From Clostridia bacterium (lineage in GTDB: Bacteria; Bacillota; Clostridia; Christensenellales; DTU072), in NCBI GenBank assembly GCA_045535785.1, contig JAZSMH010000031.1, positions 61,903 through 125,902 on the forward strand: a stretch of DNA of 64,000 nucleotides, in the 5' to 3' direction. Made by a program: the position numbers and the translations under genes. The stretch's first letter is position 1. Each line of letters begins with the position of its first letter. A model generated the notes under the pieces. That model searched no databases. It had not been told where the DNA came from and worked only from the letters and a program-made list of their open reading frames with translations. Shown piece by piece: positions 38,294 to 47,261 of this stretch.

Positions 38294-39031
38294 ATGCTAA
38301 TAACCAACAAAGACAACGCAAAGGTAAAAAATTTGCGTCTTTTGTATAAATATAAAAAAGAACGACAAAACCAAGGCGTTTTCATAGCTGAAGGCGTTAA
38401 TTTTGTTAAAGATATCGAAAAAAAAGCGGTTATTAGACAATTGTTTATCAAAGAAAGCAAATATGAAGAACTGAGCTATTTAGAGCAAAAATACGATTTA
38501 GAAGCGTTTGTTATCAAAGATGGTATATTTGACTCCGTCGCTGACACGGTTACACCAAGTGGCGTTATAGCAATTGTAGAAAAGCCTGCAATTAAAGACG
38601 TAGAAGGTGATATTGTTATATTACTAGACGGAATTAAAGATGCGGGTAATTTAGGTACAATAATTCGTACTGCTGTTGCTAGAGGTATAAATACAGTTAT
38701 TTCGGTTAATGGAACGGATGCGTATTCACCCAAAGCGGTAAGAGCAAGCATGGGCGGAATATTGTCTATTAATTGTATAGAAGCGGATATAGACACGGCG
38801 CTAAAGCTATTAAAAGAATATTCGATTGTAGCATTAGATATGGGTGGAAAATGTATCTATAGCTACAAAAGAGAGGGGAAAATAGCATTAACCGTAGGAA
38901 GCGAAGCACAAGGCTTGAGTGAGAAGATCCGCATGGAAGCAAATGATATAATTTCTATCCCCATGACGGACAAAATTGAATCTTTGAATGCCGCTATAAG
39001 TATTAGCATAGCAATGTTCTTAATTAAATAA
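38294..39031 (+). CDS. TrmH/SpoU-family RNA 2'-O-methyltransferase (YsgA/RlmB-like)
   Basis: SpoU motifs [21 protein letters not shown] and [17 protein letters not shown] 38294 is preferred over the track TTG 38282, which lies inside the terminator T-run. Confidence 0.8.
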   Translation: MLITNKDNAKVKNLRLLYKYKKERQNQGVFIAEGVNFVKDIEKKAVIRQLFIKESKYEELSYLEQKYDLEAFVIKDGIFDSVADTVTPSGVIAIVEKPAIKDVEGDIVILLDGIKDAGNLGTIIRTAVARGINTVISVNGTDAYSPKAVRASMGGILSINCIEADIDTALKLLKEYSIVALDMGGKCIYSYKREGKIALTVGSEAQGLSEKIRMEANDIISIPMTDKIESLNAAISISIAMFLIK

Positions 39032-39051
39032 TTATTTTGGAGGATTTACTG

Positions 39052-39792
39052 ATGAGTGGACATAGTAAATGGGCGAATATAAAGAATAAAAAAGGTAAGG
39101 CAGACGCAGCTCGTGGTAGTATATTTACTAAGATAGGAAGAGAGATAGCCGTTGCAGTTAAAGCAGGTGGTCCCGATCCTAATAGTAATTCAAAGTTGCG
39201 TGACGTTATTGCTAAAGCAAAGCAAAACAATATGCCTAACGACAACATTATGCGTTCTATCAAAAAGGCTAGCGGTGAATTAAATACCGTTAACTACGAA
39301 GATATGCAATACGAAGGCTATGCAGCAGGTGGAGTTGCGGTTATTATTGAAGCTTTAACTGATAATAAAAACCGTACCGCAGGTGACATTAGACACGCAT
39401 TCGATAAATGTAACGGTTCTATGGGAACTACTGGTTGTGTATCTTATCTATTCAAAAAGAAGGGTTTAATCGTTGTTGAAAGTAAAGATCTAAGTGAAGA
39501 TGATATCATGATGATGGCACTTGAAGCAGGTGGTGACGACGTTCTTAGCAGTGACGATAACGTATACGAAATCTACACCATGCCTAACGATATGGGTACC
39601 GTAAAAGAATATTTTGAATCAAACGGCGTTACGATATTGAGCAGTGAAGTAGGATACTTCCCCGATGATTACGTTGATCCTAATCCCGATCTAGTTCCTA
39701 TGATTGAGAAATTGATCGACATGCTTGAAGAAAATGATGACGTTCAAAACGTTTATCACAACGCAAATCTACCAGAAGAAGACGAGGAATAA
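39052..39792 (+). CDS. YebC/PmpR family transcriptional/translational regulator
   Basis: [22 protein letters not shown] is the canonical N-terminus. GGAGG at 39039-39043 sits 8 nt upstream of ATG 39052. Confidence 0.9.
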   Translation: MSGHSKWANIKNKKGKADAARGSIFTKIGREIAVAVKAGGPDPNSNSKLRDVIAKAKQNNMPNDNIMRSIKKASGELNTVNYEDMQYEGYAAGGVAVIIEALTDNKNRTAGDIRHAFDKCNGSMGTTGCVSYLFKKKGLIVVESKDLSEDDIMMMALEAGGDDVLSSDDNVYEIYTMPNDMGTVKEYFESNGVTILSSEVGYFPDDYVDPNPDLVPMIEKLIDMLEENDDVQNVYHNANLPEEDEE

Positions 39793-39793
39793 T

Positions 39794-41035
39794 ATGAACG
39801 TAAATAATCTTTGCAAAAGCGTTAAGGACGCTAGCAATGCTTTTGTTGCGGTAAGTACCGAAGAAAAAAATCGCATACTTAATGCAATAAAAAGTAAAAT
39901 AGAACAAAACGAAGACAAGATAATCGAAATCAACGCAATTGACTTGGACGTTGCATCAAAAAGCGGACTAAATTCCGCTTTTTTGGATAGATTAAAATTA
40001 ACGAAAAGTCGCATAAAAACCATGTGTGACGGAATAGTTGATATTATTAATTTACCAGATTATGTAGGAAAAATTGAAGAAAAATATACTCTAAAAAACG
40101 GGCTTGAAGTAGAAAAAGTTCATGCACCTTTAGGAGTAATAGGCATAATATATGAGTCAAGACCTAACGTAACGGTTGATGCAGCGGTGTTGTGTATAAA
40201 GTCAGGTAACGGTGTTGTTCTTAAAGGTGGAAAAGAGTCTATTAATAGCAATAGATACCTAGTATCCCTAATGAAAGAAGCATTCGCCGAATGTGGTTAT
40301 AGCTCTAATTTGATTGGCTTTATCGATAGTGTTGATAGAGCAAAAACCGCGGAAATGTTGCAATGTAGCCAATATATCGACGTTGTTATACCTAGAGGCG
40401 GTGAAAAATTAAAGCACTACGTACTTGCGACTGCAACAATGCCCGTGATAGCGTCAAGTGGTGGTAATTGTCATATATTCGTTGAAAAAAGCGCTGATTT
40501 TGATATGGCTAATAAGGTTATAGAGAATGCGAAAATGAGTAGACCTTCTACTTGTAATGCGTTAGAAACCTTGCTTGTGCAAGAAGAGATAGCTCAAGAA
40601 TTTTTACCGATATGTTTAGAAAATCTAAAATTAAAAGGTGTTGAAATTCGTGGAAAGCAAGAAGTTAAAGATATATTTGATGATACGATTTTAATTGAAG
40701 ATGACGAATTTTTCACCGAATATGGTGAATTAAAAATCAAGGTAAAAATCGTAAAAGACATTGAAGAAGCAATCAATCATATCAATCACTATAGCACGAA
40801 TCATAGTGAAGCGATTTTGACCAGCAATAGTGCATTGGCGGACGTTTTTGTGAAAAACGTTGATTCTGCATGTGTATACGTCAATGCTTCCACTCGTTTT
40901 ACTGATGGCTTTGAACTAGGTTTAGGCGCAGAAATGGGTATATCTACTCAAAAATTGCACGTTAGAGGACCGATAGGTTTAAAAGAGTTAACCTCGGTTA
41001 AATTTGTGGTTAGAGGCAATGGACAAGTAAGATAA
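39794..41035 (+). CDS. proA: Gamma-glutamyl phosphate reductase
   Basis: Aldehyde dehydrogenase-type fold with PLGVIGIIYESRPNVT, CNALETLLV and NASTRFTDG. ATG 39794 lies 1 nt after the yebC stop. The track start at 39725 would overlap yebC. Confidence 0.9.
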   Translation: MNVNNLCKSVKDASNAFVAVSTEEKNRILNAIKSKIEQNEDKIIEINAIDLDVASKSGLNSAFLDRLKLTKSRIKTMCDGIVDIINLPDYVGKIEEKYTLKNGLEVEKVHAPLGVIGIIYESRPNVTVDAAVLCIKSGNGVVLKGGKESINSNRYLVSLMKEAFAECGYSSNLIGFIDSVDRAKTAEMLQCSQYIDVVIPRGGEKLKHYVLATATMPVIASSGGNCHIFVEKSADFDMANKVIENAKMSRPSTCNALETLLVQEEIAQEFLPICLENLKLKGVEIRGKQEVKDIFDDTILIEDDEFFTEYGELKIKVKIVKDIEEAINHINHYSTNHSEAILTSNSALADVFVKNVDSACVYVNASTRFTDGFELGLGAEMGISTQKLHVRGPIGLKELTSVKFVVRGNGQVR

Positions 41036-41057
41036 TTATTAACTTGTTAATAAACGT

Positions 41058-41086
41058 TTGATAAATCGGCTTTTTAATGGTATAAT
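41058..41086 (+). promoter_or_regulatory. Extended -10 promoter for the pfkA operon
   Basis: TTGATA (41058-41063), 17 nt spacer, TGg-TATAAT (-10 at 41081-41086). AAGGAG at 41108-41113 precedes ATG 41119. Confidence 0.6.
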
Positions 41087-41118
41087 TTACCTTAATCGAT
41101 TTGTTCCAAGGAGTTTTT

Positions 41119-42096
41119 ATGGCAAAAATAAAGAGAATAGCAATTTTGACTAGTGGTGGTGATGCACCTGGAATGAATGCTGCAATAAGAGCAGTTGTTC
41201 GTTGTGCATCGCAAGTTGGTATGGAGTGCTATGGTATAGAAGAAGGATACACGGGATTAGTAAACGGCGATATTTTTAAAATTGATTCACGTTTTGTGTC
41301 TGATACGGTGCAAAAAGGCGGAACGATACTGAAGACTTCTCGTTGCCCTGCTTTCGTTGAGTACGAAACTAGAAAAAGAGCACACGACGTATTACAAGCT
41401 TATGGTATAGATGGACTTGTAGTTATAGGCGGTAATGGATCTTTGGCTGGTATGCAAGAATTTTATAACGACTTCGGAATGCCTTGTGTAGGTTTGCCTG
41501 GCACTATAGATAACGATCTAGCATATACCGATTTTACGCTAGGATTTGATACCGCGGTAAATACCGTTTTGGGTGCAATTAATAATATAAGAGATACTAT
41601 GACCGCACACAATCGTGCTTGCATAATAGAGGTTATGGGTAGACATTGTGGCGATATTGCATTGTACGCAGGTGTTGCTGGCGGTGCGGAAATAATTTTA
41701 GTTCCAGAAATACCGCTAGACGTTAAACAAGTAGCAAAAACTATTAGACAAGATAAAATAAAGGGTAAGCAATCGGTAATAATATTGCTAGCAGAGGGTG
41801 TTTGCTCCTGTTTATCTTTGAAAGAGCAGCTTTTAGCGGAGCTTAACGATATTTCTATTAGAACAGTTAAACTTGGTTATATCCAAAGGGGTGGCATGCC
41901 GTCTATGGCTGATAGAATACTTGCTGCTAGATGTGGAGCGAGGGCGATAGAATTATTCCAAAAGCCTGACTGTGGAGCAAGAGCAGTTGGTATTAAGAAT
42001 AACAAAATAGTAGACCTTGACGTTGCAGATGCATTGGCAATGAAGTCTACGTTTGATAAGAAATTGTATGAGATTTCTAAAACATTAAGTAAATAA
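41119..42096 (+). CDS. pfkA: ATP-dependent 6-phosphofructokinase
   Basis: MAKIKRIAILTSGGDAPGMNAAIRAVV. GGNGS and GLPGTIDND have Gly at both specificity positions (E. coli 104/124), which is the ATP type. MGRHCGDIAL also present. Confidence 0.92.
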   Translation: MAKIKRIAILTSGGDAPGMNAAIRAVVRCASQVGMECYGIEEGYTGLVNGDIFKIDSRFVSDTVQKGGTILKTSRCPAFVEYETRKRAHDVLQAYGIDGLVVIGGNGSLAGMQEFYNDFGMPCVGLPGTIDNDLAYTDFTLGFDTAVNTVLGAINNIRDTMTAHNRACIIEVMGRHCGDIALYAGVAGGAEIILVPEIPLDVKQVAKTIRQDKIKGKQSVIILLAEGVCSCLSLKEQLLAELNDISIRTVKLGYIQRGGMPSMADRILAARCGARAIELFQKPDCGARAVGIKNNKIVDLDVADALAMKSTFDKKLYEISKTLSK

Positions 42097-42111
42097 CTTA
42101 GGAGGCAATAA

Positions 42112-43362
42112 ATGAAAAATTTAGTAGGTGCATGTATTTTTGGACAATCTGGTGGTCCGACTTCAGTTATCAATTCTAGCGCAGCAGGCGTGTTTATTGA
42201 GGCTTTGGCACAAAAAAACATTACGAAAGTATATGGAGCAGCTAATGGTATAAAAGGTATTCTCGATGAGAATTTTTATGATATAGGCAAAGAAGACGAA
42301 AAAGAGTTGTATTTGTTGAAGAATACACCTTCATCAGCTCTTGGTTCGGTTAGATATAAGTTAAAGAGTGCTGACATTGATGAAAGCGATTATAAGAGAA
42401 TTCTTGAAGTATTCAAGAAGTATAACATTAGATACTTCTTCTATAATGGTGGTAACGATAGTATGGATACTTGCAACAAGGTAAGCAAGTATTTACTTAA
42501 CAGTGGTTACGAATGTAACATTATAGGCGTACCTAAGACTATAGATAACGATTTATACGGAACTGATCACTGTCCTGGATACGGTAGCGCAGCAAAATAC
42601 GTTGCTACGACCATGATGGAACTATTCTTAGACGCAACCGTTTATAACAAAGGACAAATTACCATTGTAGAAATAATGGGTAGAAACGCTGGTTGGTTGA
42701 CCGCTGCAAGCGCTCTTGCTTCTTACAAAGGACAAGGTCCCGACCTTATTTATTTACCCGAACAAGCATTTGACGTAGAAAAATTCTTAAAGCAAGTTAA
42801 AGAAGTTGCAGACAGAAATGAAGGCAAATGTATCGTAGCACTAAGCGAAGGTATTAAGACCGCAGACGACCAATACGTTGTAGAAGCGATAGCATCTTCA
42901 AGCGCAAGCAAAGATAGCTTTGGACACACTCAACTTGGTGGTGTTGCAGCTACTCTAGCTAATCTAGTAAAAGAGAGAATCGGCGGCAAGGTAAGAGCTG
43001 TAGAATTCAGTCTTATGCAAAGATGTGGTGCACACCTTGCAAGTAAGAACGACGTAGAAGAAGCATTCGAAGCAGGCAGAACCGCAGTAAGATGCGCTTG
43101 TGAAGGCTATACAGACAAAATGGTTGTTTTCGAAAGAAAAGCTGGAAATGACTATGCAATCGAATATAAGTTGATGGATATTGAACTTGCTGCAAACACC
43201 GAGAAGAAGATACCAGAAGAATGGATTTTACCTGAGAACAAAGGTTTAACGCAAGATTTCGTAGATTATGCACTACCTTTGATACAAGGTGATTGTAAAG
43301 CACCGCTAGAAGATGGACTTCCTCGTTTTGCAAAACTTAAGAGAATCAAGGTACAAGGCTAG
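42112..43362 (+). CDS. pfp: Pyrophosphate-dependent phosphofructokinase (PFK family, PPi type by signature residues)
   Basis: GQSGGPTSVINSS. GGNDSMDT has Asp where ATP enzymes have Gly. VPKTIDNDL has Lys where ATP enzymes have Gly. MGRNAGWLTAASAL also present. Confidence 0.8.
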   Translation: MKNLVGACIFGQSGGPTSVINSSAAGVFIEALAQKNITKVYGAANGIKGILDENFYDIGKEDEKELYLLKNTPSSALGSVRYKLKSADIDESDYKRILEVFKKYNIRYFFYNGGNDSMDTCNKVSKYLLNSGYECNIIGVPKTIDNDLYGTDHCPGYGSAAKYVATTMMELFLDATVYNKGQITIVEIMGRNAGWLTAASALASYKGQGPDLIYLPEQAFDVEKFLKQVKEVADRNEGKCIVALSEGIKTADDQYVVEAIASSSASKDSFGHTQLGGVAATLANLVKERIGGKVRAVEFSLMQRCGAHLASKNDVEEAFEAGRTAVRCACEGYTDKMVVFERKAGNDYAIEYKLMDIELAANTEKKIPEEWILPENKGLTQDFVDYALPLIQGDCKAPLEDGLPRFAKLKRIKVQG

Positions 43363-44228
43363 TGAGTAAAGTAAATTCAGAAGTGAAATCAAATAATAAG
43401 CTAACAAAGAATGCAAAGGTTGGAATCATTATTGCTGTTGCAGTGGTGATTCTTGCGCTTGCGATAGGGTTACCTTTGGGACTTTTGCATGGCAAATTGG
43501 CAACTGTACCTACTCCAACGTTCGTTGAATTTGATCAAAATAGTGATTATACGTTGCGCGTGACGTGGACGAAGATAAATGGGGCGGACGGCTATTATTA
43601 CCAATACTGCTACGGCGATCCTGATGATGCTAAGGCTCAAATTTCTACAGAGAATTTCACTAGGAATTTAACGACGTCATTCGAAAGATGTCAGGGTGCG
43701 GTTGCTTTTAGGGTTAAGGCAAACGTTAAGGATGGTGCGGAATATTCTGCTTGGATAAAAACCGACGTTAACGCATGGGTTTTGACTTCTCCTATAGTTA
43801 CGATTGGTGAAGATTTAAGTATAGGTTGGACAAAAACTACGTTTAAATATTACGACAAAAGTTACGACGTGCCTGCATATGCTTACAATCTAGCTATTGA
43901 TGAGGAATGGATACAGACGTTGGACATAGATAGTGTAAGTAATACAGTAGATATGCGCTCGTATATAATCAACTTGATTACCAATCCGCCGTCCACAAAT
44001 AGCGCGTTGGTTGATAAAATTTATACTTATAAGTCAAATGGAGTTTGGGAAGATTTAGTTTTGAAAGTTAGAGTAAAAGCACTCAACAAAAAACAAAACC
44101 TTTTACAGCCGAGTGCGGCTACCGATATTGCGCTTAAAAGTCTAAAGAATATTTACCAAGATAGCGAATACAACTATGCTGAATTAGTTATTACAGAAAG
44201 TTTGTATAACGAATTAACCAGAGTGTAA
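43362..44228 (+). CDS. Membrane-anchored protein with fibronectin-III-like modules (unknown function)
   Basis: The GTG start overlaps the last base of the pfp stop. The N-terminal TM is VGIIIAVAVVILALAIGLPLGLL. The FN3-like signature LRVTWTKINGADGYYYQY is present. No family assignment. Confidence 0.55.
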   Translation: MSKVNSEVKSNNKLTKNAKVGIIIAVAVVILALAIGLPLGLLHGKLATVPTPTFVEFDQNSDYTLRVTWTKINGADGYYYQYCYGDPDDAKAQISTENFTRNLTTSFERCQGAVAFRVKANVKDGAEYSAWIKTDVNAWVLTSPIVTIGEDLSIGWTKTTFKYYDKSYDVPAYAYNLAIDEEWIQTLDIDSVSNTVDMRSYIINLITNPPSTNSALVDKIYTYKSNGVWEDLVLKVRVKALNKKQNLLQPSAATDIALKSLKNIYQDSEYNYAELVITESLYNELTRV

Positions 44229-44241
44229 CTACAGAGAAAAC

Positions 44242-46068
44242 ATGAAAAGAGAAGATTTACGTAATATAGCGATTATTGCACACGTCGACCATGGTAAGAC
44301 TACCTTGGTTGATGCTATGTTAAAGCAAGGTGGGGTTTTTAGAGAAAATCAATACGTGCCTACGTGTGTTATGGATAATAATGCATTAGAGAAAGAGCGT
44401 GGAATTACGATTTTAGCTAAAAATACTTCCGCTTTTTATAATGGAGTAAAAATTAATATAGTCGACACGCCTGGACACGCCGATTTTGGTGGTGAAGTTG
44501 AGCGTGTATTGAAAATGATTAACGGTGTTGTTCTGTTGGTAGATTCTTATGAAGGTCCGATGCCACAAACGAGATTTGTTTTACAAAAAGCATTAGAAAT
44601 GAATCATAAGATTATTATTTGTATCAATAAAGTTGATAAACCCGATGCTAGATTAAACGAAGTTCTTGATGAGATTTATAACTTATTGTTAGAGCTTAAC
44701 GCAACGGAAGAACAGCTTTATAGTCCCGTTGTTTATTGTAGTGGTAGAGCAGGTAGAGCTAGTTTAGATCCCGATAACCTTACTGATGACTTGACGCCGT
44801 TGTTCGAAACTATAATTAATCACGTTGAAGCACCAGAAGGCGACGAAAACGGCGATTTGCAGGTTTTGGTATCTTCAATAGACTATAACGACTACGTAGG
44901 CAGAATTGCGATTGGCAGAATAGAGCGTGGAGTTATACAACAAAACCAAGAAGTCATCGTATGTAACGCAAGAACTGATGAAAAATACAGAGGCAAGGTG
45001 ACCAACGTATACCAATTTGCAGGGCTAAATAAGATGGCTGTAGAGAGTGCAAAAGTGGGGGATATCGTTAGCTTTAGTGGAATAGAAACCATAACCATAG
45101 GTGAGACTGTTTGTTCTATAAACAACCCAGATCCGCTACCTTTTGTTAAAATTAGTGAACCAACACTACAAATGATTTTTTCTGTTAATAATAGCCCATT
45201 TGCAGGCAAAGAAGGTAAATTCGTAACTTCTAGACATTTAAGGGCGCGTCTAATGAAAGAACTATTAAAAGACGTTTCTTTAAGAGTTACGGAAAGTAGC
45301 AGTGAAGAATTCATAGTAAGCGGTAGAGGGGAAATACACTTATCTATCCTTATTGAAAACATGAGAAGAGAAGGGTACGAATTCCAAGTAAGCACGCCGA
45401 GAGTTATTAATAAGGTTATCGACGGTGTTCTTTGTGAACCTATGGAAAAGCTCGAAATTGACGTTCCTGACGCTTGTATAGGCGTTGTTATGGAAGATAT
45501 GGGTAGAAGACAAGGTGAACTTGTTAATATGAATCCTATGGGAACTAGAACAAAGTTGGAATTCACTATTCCTTCTAGAGGGTTGTTAGGCTATCGTAAT
45601 GCATTCATGACGGAAACTCGTGGTGAAGGAATTATGAACGGTACATTCATTGGATACGAGCCGTTAAAAGGTAGTGTGCCTAGACGTCCTTACGGTGCAC
45701 TAGTTGCATGGGAAACTGGCGAAGCAGTTACTTACGGACTATATAACGCGCAAGGTAGAGGACAACTTTTCATCGATCCTGGTACGCCTGTATATGCTGG
45801 AATGGTCGTTGGATATTCGTTAAAACAAGAGGACGTTAGTGTAAACGTTTGCAAGAAAAAACACGTTACTAATATGCGTGCTGCTGGCAGTGATGAAGCT
45901 CTTACGCTTAATAGCACTAGAAAATTTAGTCTAGAAGAATGTATCGAATTCATAGACGTCGACGAGATGCTCGAGGTCACTCCTAAGAATTTGAGAATAA
46001 GAAAAATCATTCTCGATCATTCTGAGAGAATGAGAAAATTAGTTAGAGAAAGAAATACCGATAAATAA
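44242..46068 (+). CDS. typA: Translational GTPase TypA/BipA
   Basis: [42 protein letters not shown]-like domain order and a 608-aa length. Confidence 0.93.
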   Translation: MKREDLRNIAIIAHVDHGKTTLVDAMLKQGGVFRENQYVPTCVMDNNALEKERGITILAKNTSAFYNGVKINIVDTPGHADFGGEVERVLKMINGVVLLVDSYEGPMPQTRFVLQKALEMNHKIIICINKVDKPDARLNEVLDEIYNLLLELNATEEQLYSPVVYCSGRAGRASLDPDNLTDDLTPLFETIINHVEAPEGDENGDLQVLVSSIDYNDYVGRIAIGRIERGVIQQNQEVIVCNARTDEKYRGKVTNVYQFAGLNKMAVESAKVGDIVSFSGIETITIGETVCSINNPDPLPFVKISEPTLQMIFSVNNSPFAGKEGKFVTSRHLRARLMKELLKDVSLRVTESSSEEFIVSGRGEIHLSILIENMRREGYEFQVSTPRVINKVIDGVLCEPMEKLEIDVPDACIGVVMEDMGRRQGELVNMNPMGTRTKLEFTIPSRGLLGYRNAFMTETRGEGIMNGTFIGYEPLKGSVPRRPYGALVAWETGEAVTYGLYNAQGRGQLFIDPGTPVYAGMVVGYSLKQEDVSVNVCKKKHVTNMRAAGSDEALTLNSTRKFSLEECIEFIDVDEMLEVTPKNLRIRKIILDHSERMRKLVRERNTDK

Positions 46069-46081
46069 AAAGGAGTAAATT

Positions 46082-47101
46082 ATGGCAAAGGAGAAAGGAT
46101 TGGGATTATTAAAAAATCTCGCATTTTACCCCGAATATCGTGAAGATGGTGGCAAGACTGACCCCGTAGAAATTGGAAGATTTAAGCATTTTGCGGCAGT
46201 TTCAAAACAAAGAAGCAGTTCAATTTTGATAGCAAATCTTCTATTTATTGTAACACTTTTACCGCTAATTGCAGTGTTTGTTTTAGTAGTTGCTTTTGGT
46301 GGGGTAGAGGCTATTGCATACAAATTGAAAGGTATAACAGATGCACCGTATTTGATGTCAACGATAGGATTCGGTATATCCAACGTTGGTTTATCACAAT
46401 TGGACGTGAAGATGTATATGCTAGAAGTTTATTACCTGATTTTCGCTGGAGCAGGCGTAGGCACGTTCTTTATGAGTATTGGACTTGCTGGCATGGTACC
46501 CCTTTGCATGAAGTTCATTATAGGTGATAGCTTTGATTATAAGAAAGATAATTATGGCAATCACGTGCCGAAAGCGATTAACGAGTTTTTTAAGGGGATA
46601 AAGCGCTGTTGGTGGCAAATGCTCATAGTTGGTGTTATCTTTTTAGCCCTTTTTGCAGGAATAGGTAATGTTTTTGTGTATTTTGTAGGTTCATTTTGGG
46701 CAGGTTCCGCTGGTGCTGGACATTGGATAATGGTAATACTAGCAGGAATAGTTGCATTGTTTACTTTTATGTTCTTATTGCACTTAATACCGTCTATTGC
46801 ATTATATGATATGCCCTTTGGGTTAAAAATGAAGAATTCAGCAATCTTTATGTTGCAGTTCTTCCTCCAAAACTTACTTATCGTATTGGTGTTTGCTGTT
46901 CCTGTAGTATTAGCAACAGTTATGAGTTCTTTGGTGAGCGCTGTAATTATAGCTATACTTTTGGTGTTTGGAAGTAAATATTATTGCTTGGTTATGTGTA
47001 ACTATGAACAGTACATTTCGGAAAAAATCGTTCAACCGATTTATCAAGCAAAATACGTAAAACCTGCAAAACAAAAAACATCTAAAAAAAAGAAAAAATA
47101 A
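46082..47101 (+). CDS. Polytopic membrane protein, possibly YesL/DUF624-like
   Basis: About 6 hydrophobic segments. N-terminal FKHFAAVSKQRSSSILIANLLFIVTLLPLIAVF resembles the YesL family. Lys-rich tail. The family call is tentative. Confidence 0.5.
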   Translation: MAKEKGLGLLKNLAFYPEYREDGGKTDPVEIGRFKHFAAVSKQRSSSILIANLLFIVTLLPLIAVFVLVVAFGGVEAIAYKLKGITDAPYLMSTIGFGISNVGLSQLDVKMYMLEVYYLIFAGAGVGTFFMSIGLAGMVPLCMKFIIGDSFDYKKDNYGNHVPKAINEFFKGIKRCWWQMLIVGVIFLALFAGIGNVFVYFVGSFWAGSAGAGHWIMVILAGIVALFTFMFLLHLIPSIALYDMPFGLKMKNSAIFMLQFFLQNLLIVLVFAVPVVLATVMSSLVSAVIIAILLVFGSKYYCLVMCNYEQYISEKIVQPIYQAKYVKPAKQKTSKKKKK

Positions 47102-47131
47102 CGAAAAATTTATTAATTCTTACACATGTAA

Positions 47132-47168
47132 ACGGCGCGATTTATTAAAAAACACGCCGTTTTTTTTG
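47132..47168 (+). terminator. Intrinsic terminator after the pfkA-typA operon
   Basis: Stem ACGGCG/CGCCGT with a long A-rich loop, followed by T9 (47160-47168). Confidence 0.6.
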
Positions 47169-47204
47169 TTGCATGATACGTTGGAATATATTTCATAAGA
47201 GGTA

Positions 47205-47233
47205 TTGACATCTTTTATTATATTTTATATAAT
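47205..47233 (+). promoter_or_regulatory. Perfect-consensus sigma-A promoter of the giant adhesin locus
   Basis: TTGACA (47205-47210), 17 nt spacer, TATAAT (47228-47233). GGAGG at 47252-47256 sits 5 nt before ATG 47262. Confidence 0.7.
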
Positions 47234-47261
47234 AATATTAACAAACGAGTTGGAGGATGTT

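Noticed and set aside
41036-41057. AT-only hairpin TTATTAA-CTTG-TTAATAA after proA as a terminator
   Set aside because: The stem has no G-C pairs and is not followed by a T-run. It is too weak to call.
4894-41118. Other upstream-extended starts in the track (hslU 4894, hisZ-like 26958, unknown protein 30258, murG 31397, trmH-like 38282, yebC 39037, proA 39725, pfkA 41101)
   Set aside because: In each case a downstream ATG has a well-spaced GGAGG/GGAGA-type SD and matches the conserved N-terminus of the family. The longer form overlaps the preceding gene, a terminator or non-coding sequence. The hisZ-like start remains genuinely ambiguous.
2548-45566. Long antisense or off-frame ORFs in the track (for example 2548-3036(-), 4355-4774(-), 5187-5597(-), 14575-15102(-), 17244-17663(-), 21303-21707(-), 32387-32737(-), 37316-37759(-), 44892-45566(-), 54969-55367(-))
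   Set aside because: All lie entirely inside well-supported conserved genes or the giant ORFs on the other strand. Their composition is low-complexity or Ser/Leu/Ile-rich. They have no SD sequences and no recognisable motifs. They are shadow ORFs.
47205-47261. Track start (TTG 47205) giving a 19-aa N-terminal extension MTSFIIFYIIILTNELEDV on the giant protein
   Set aside because: The TTG is the first three bases of a consensus -35 box (TTGACA), and the extension spans the -10 box. ATG 47262 has a GGAGG SD and begins a normal signal peptide.
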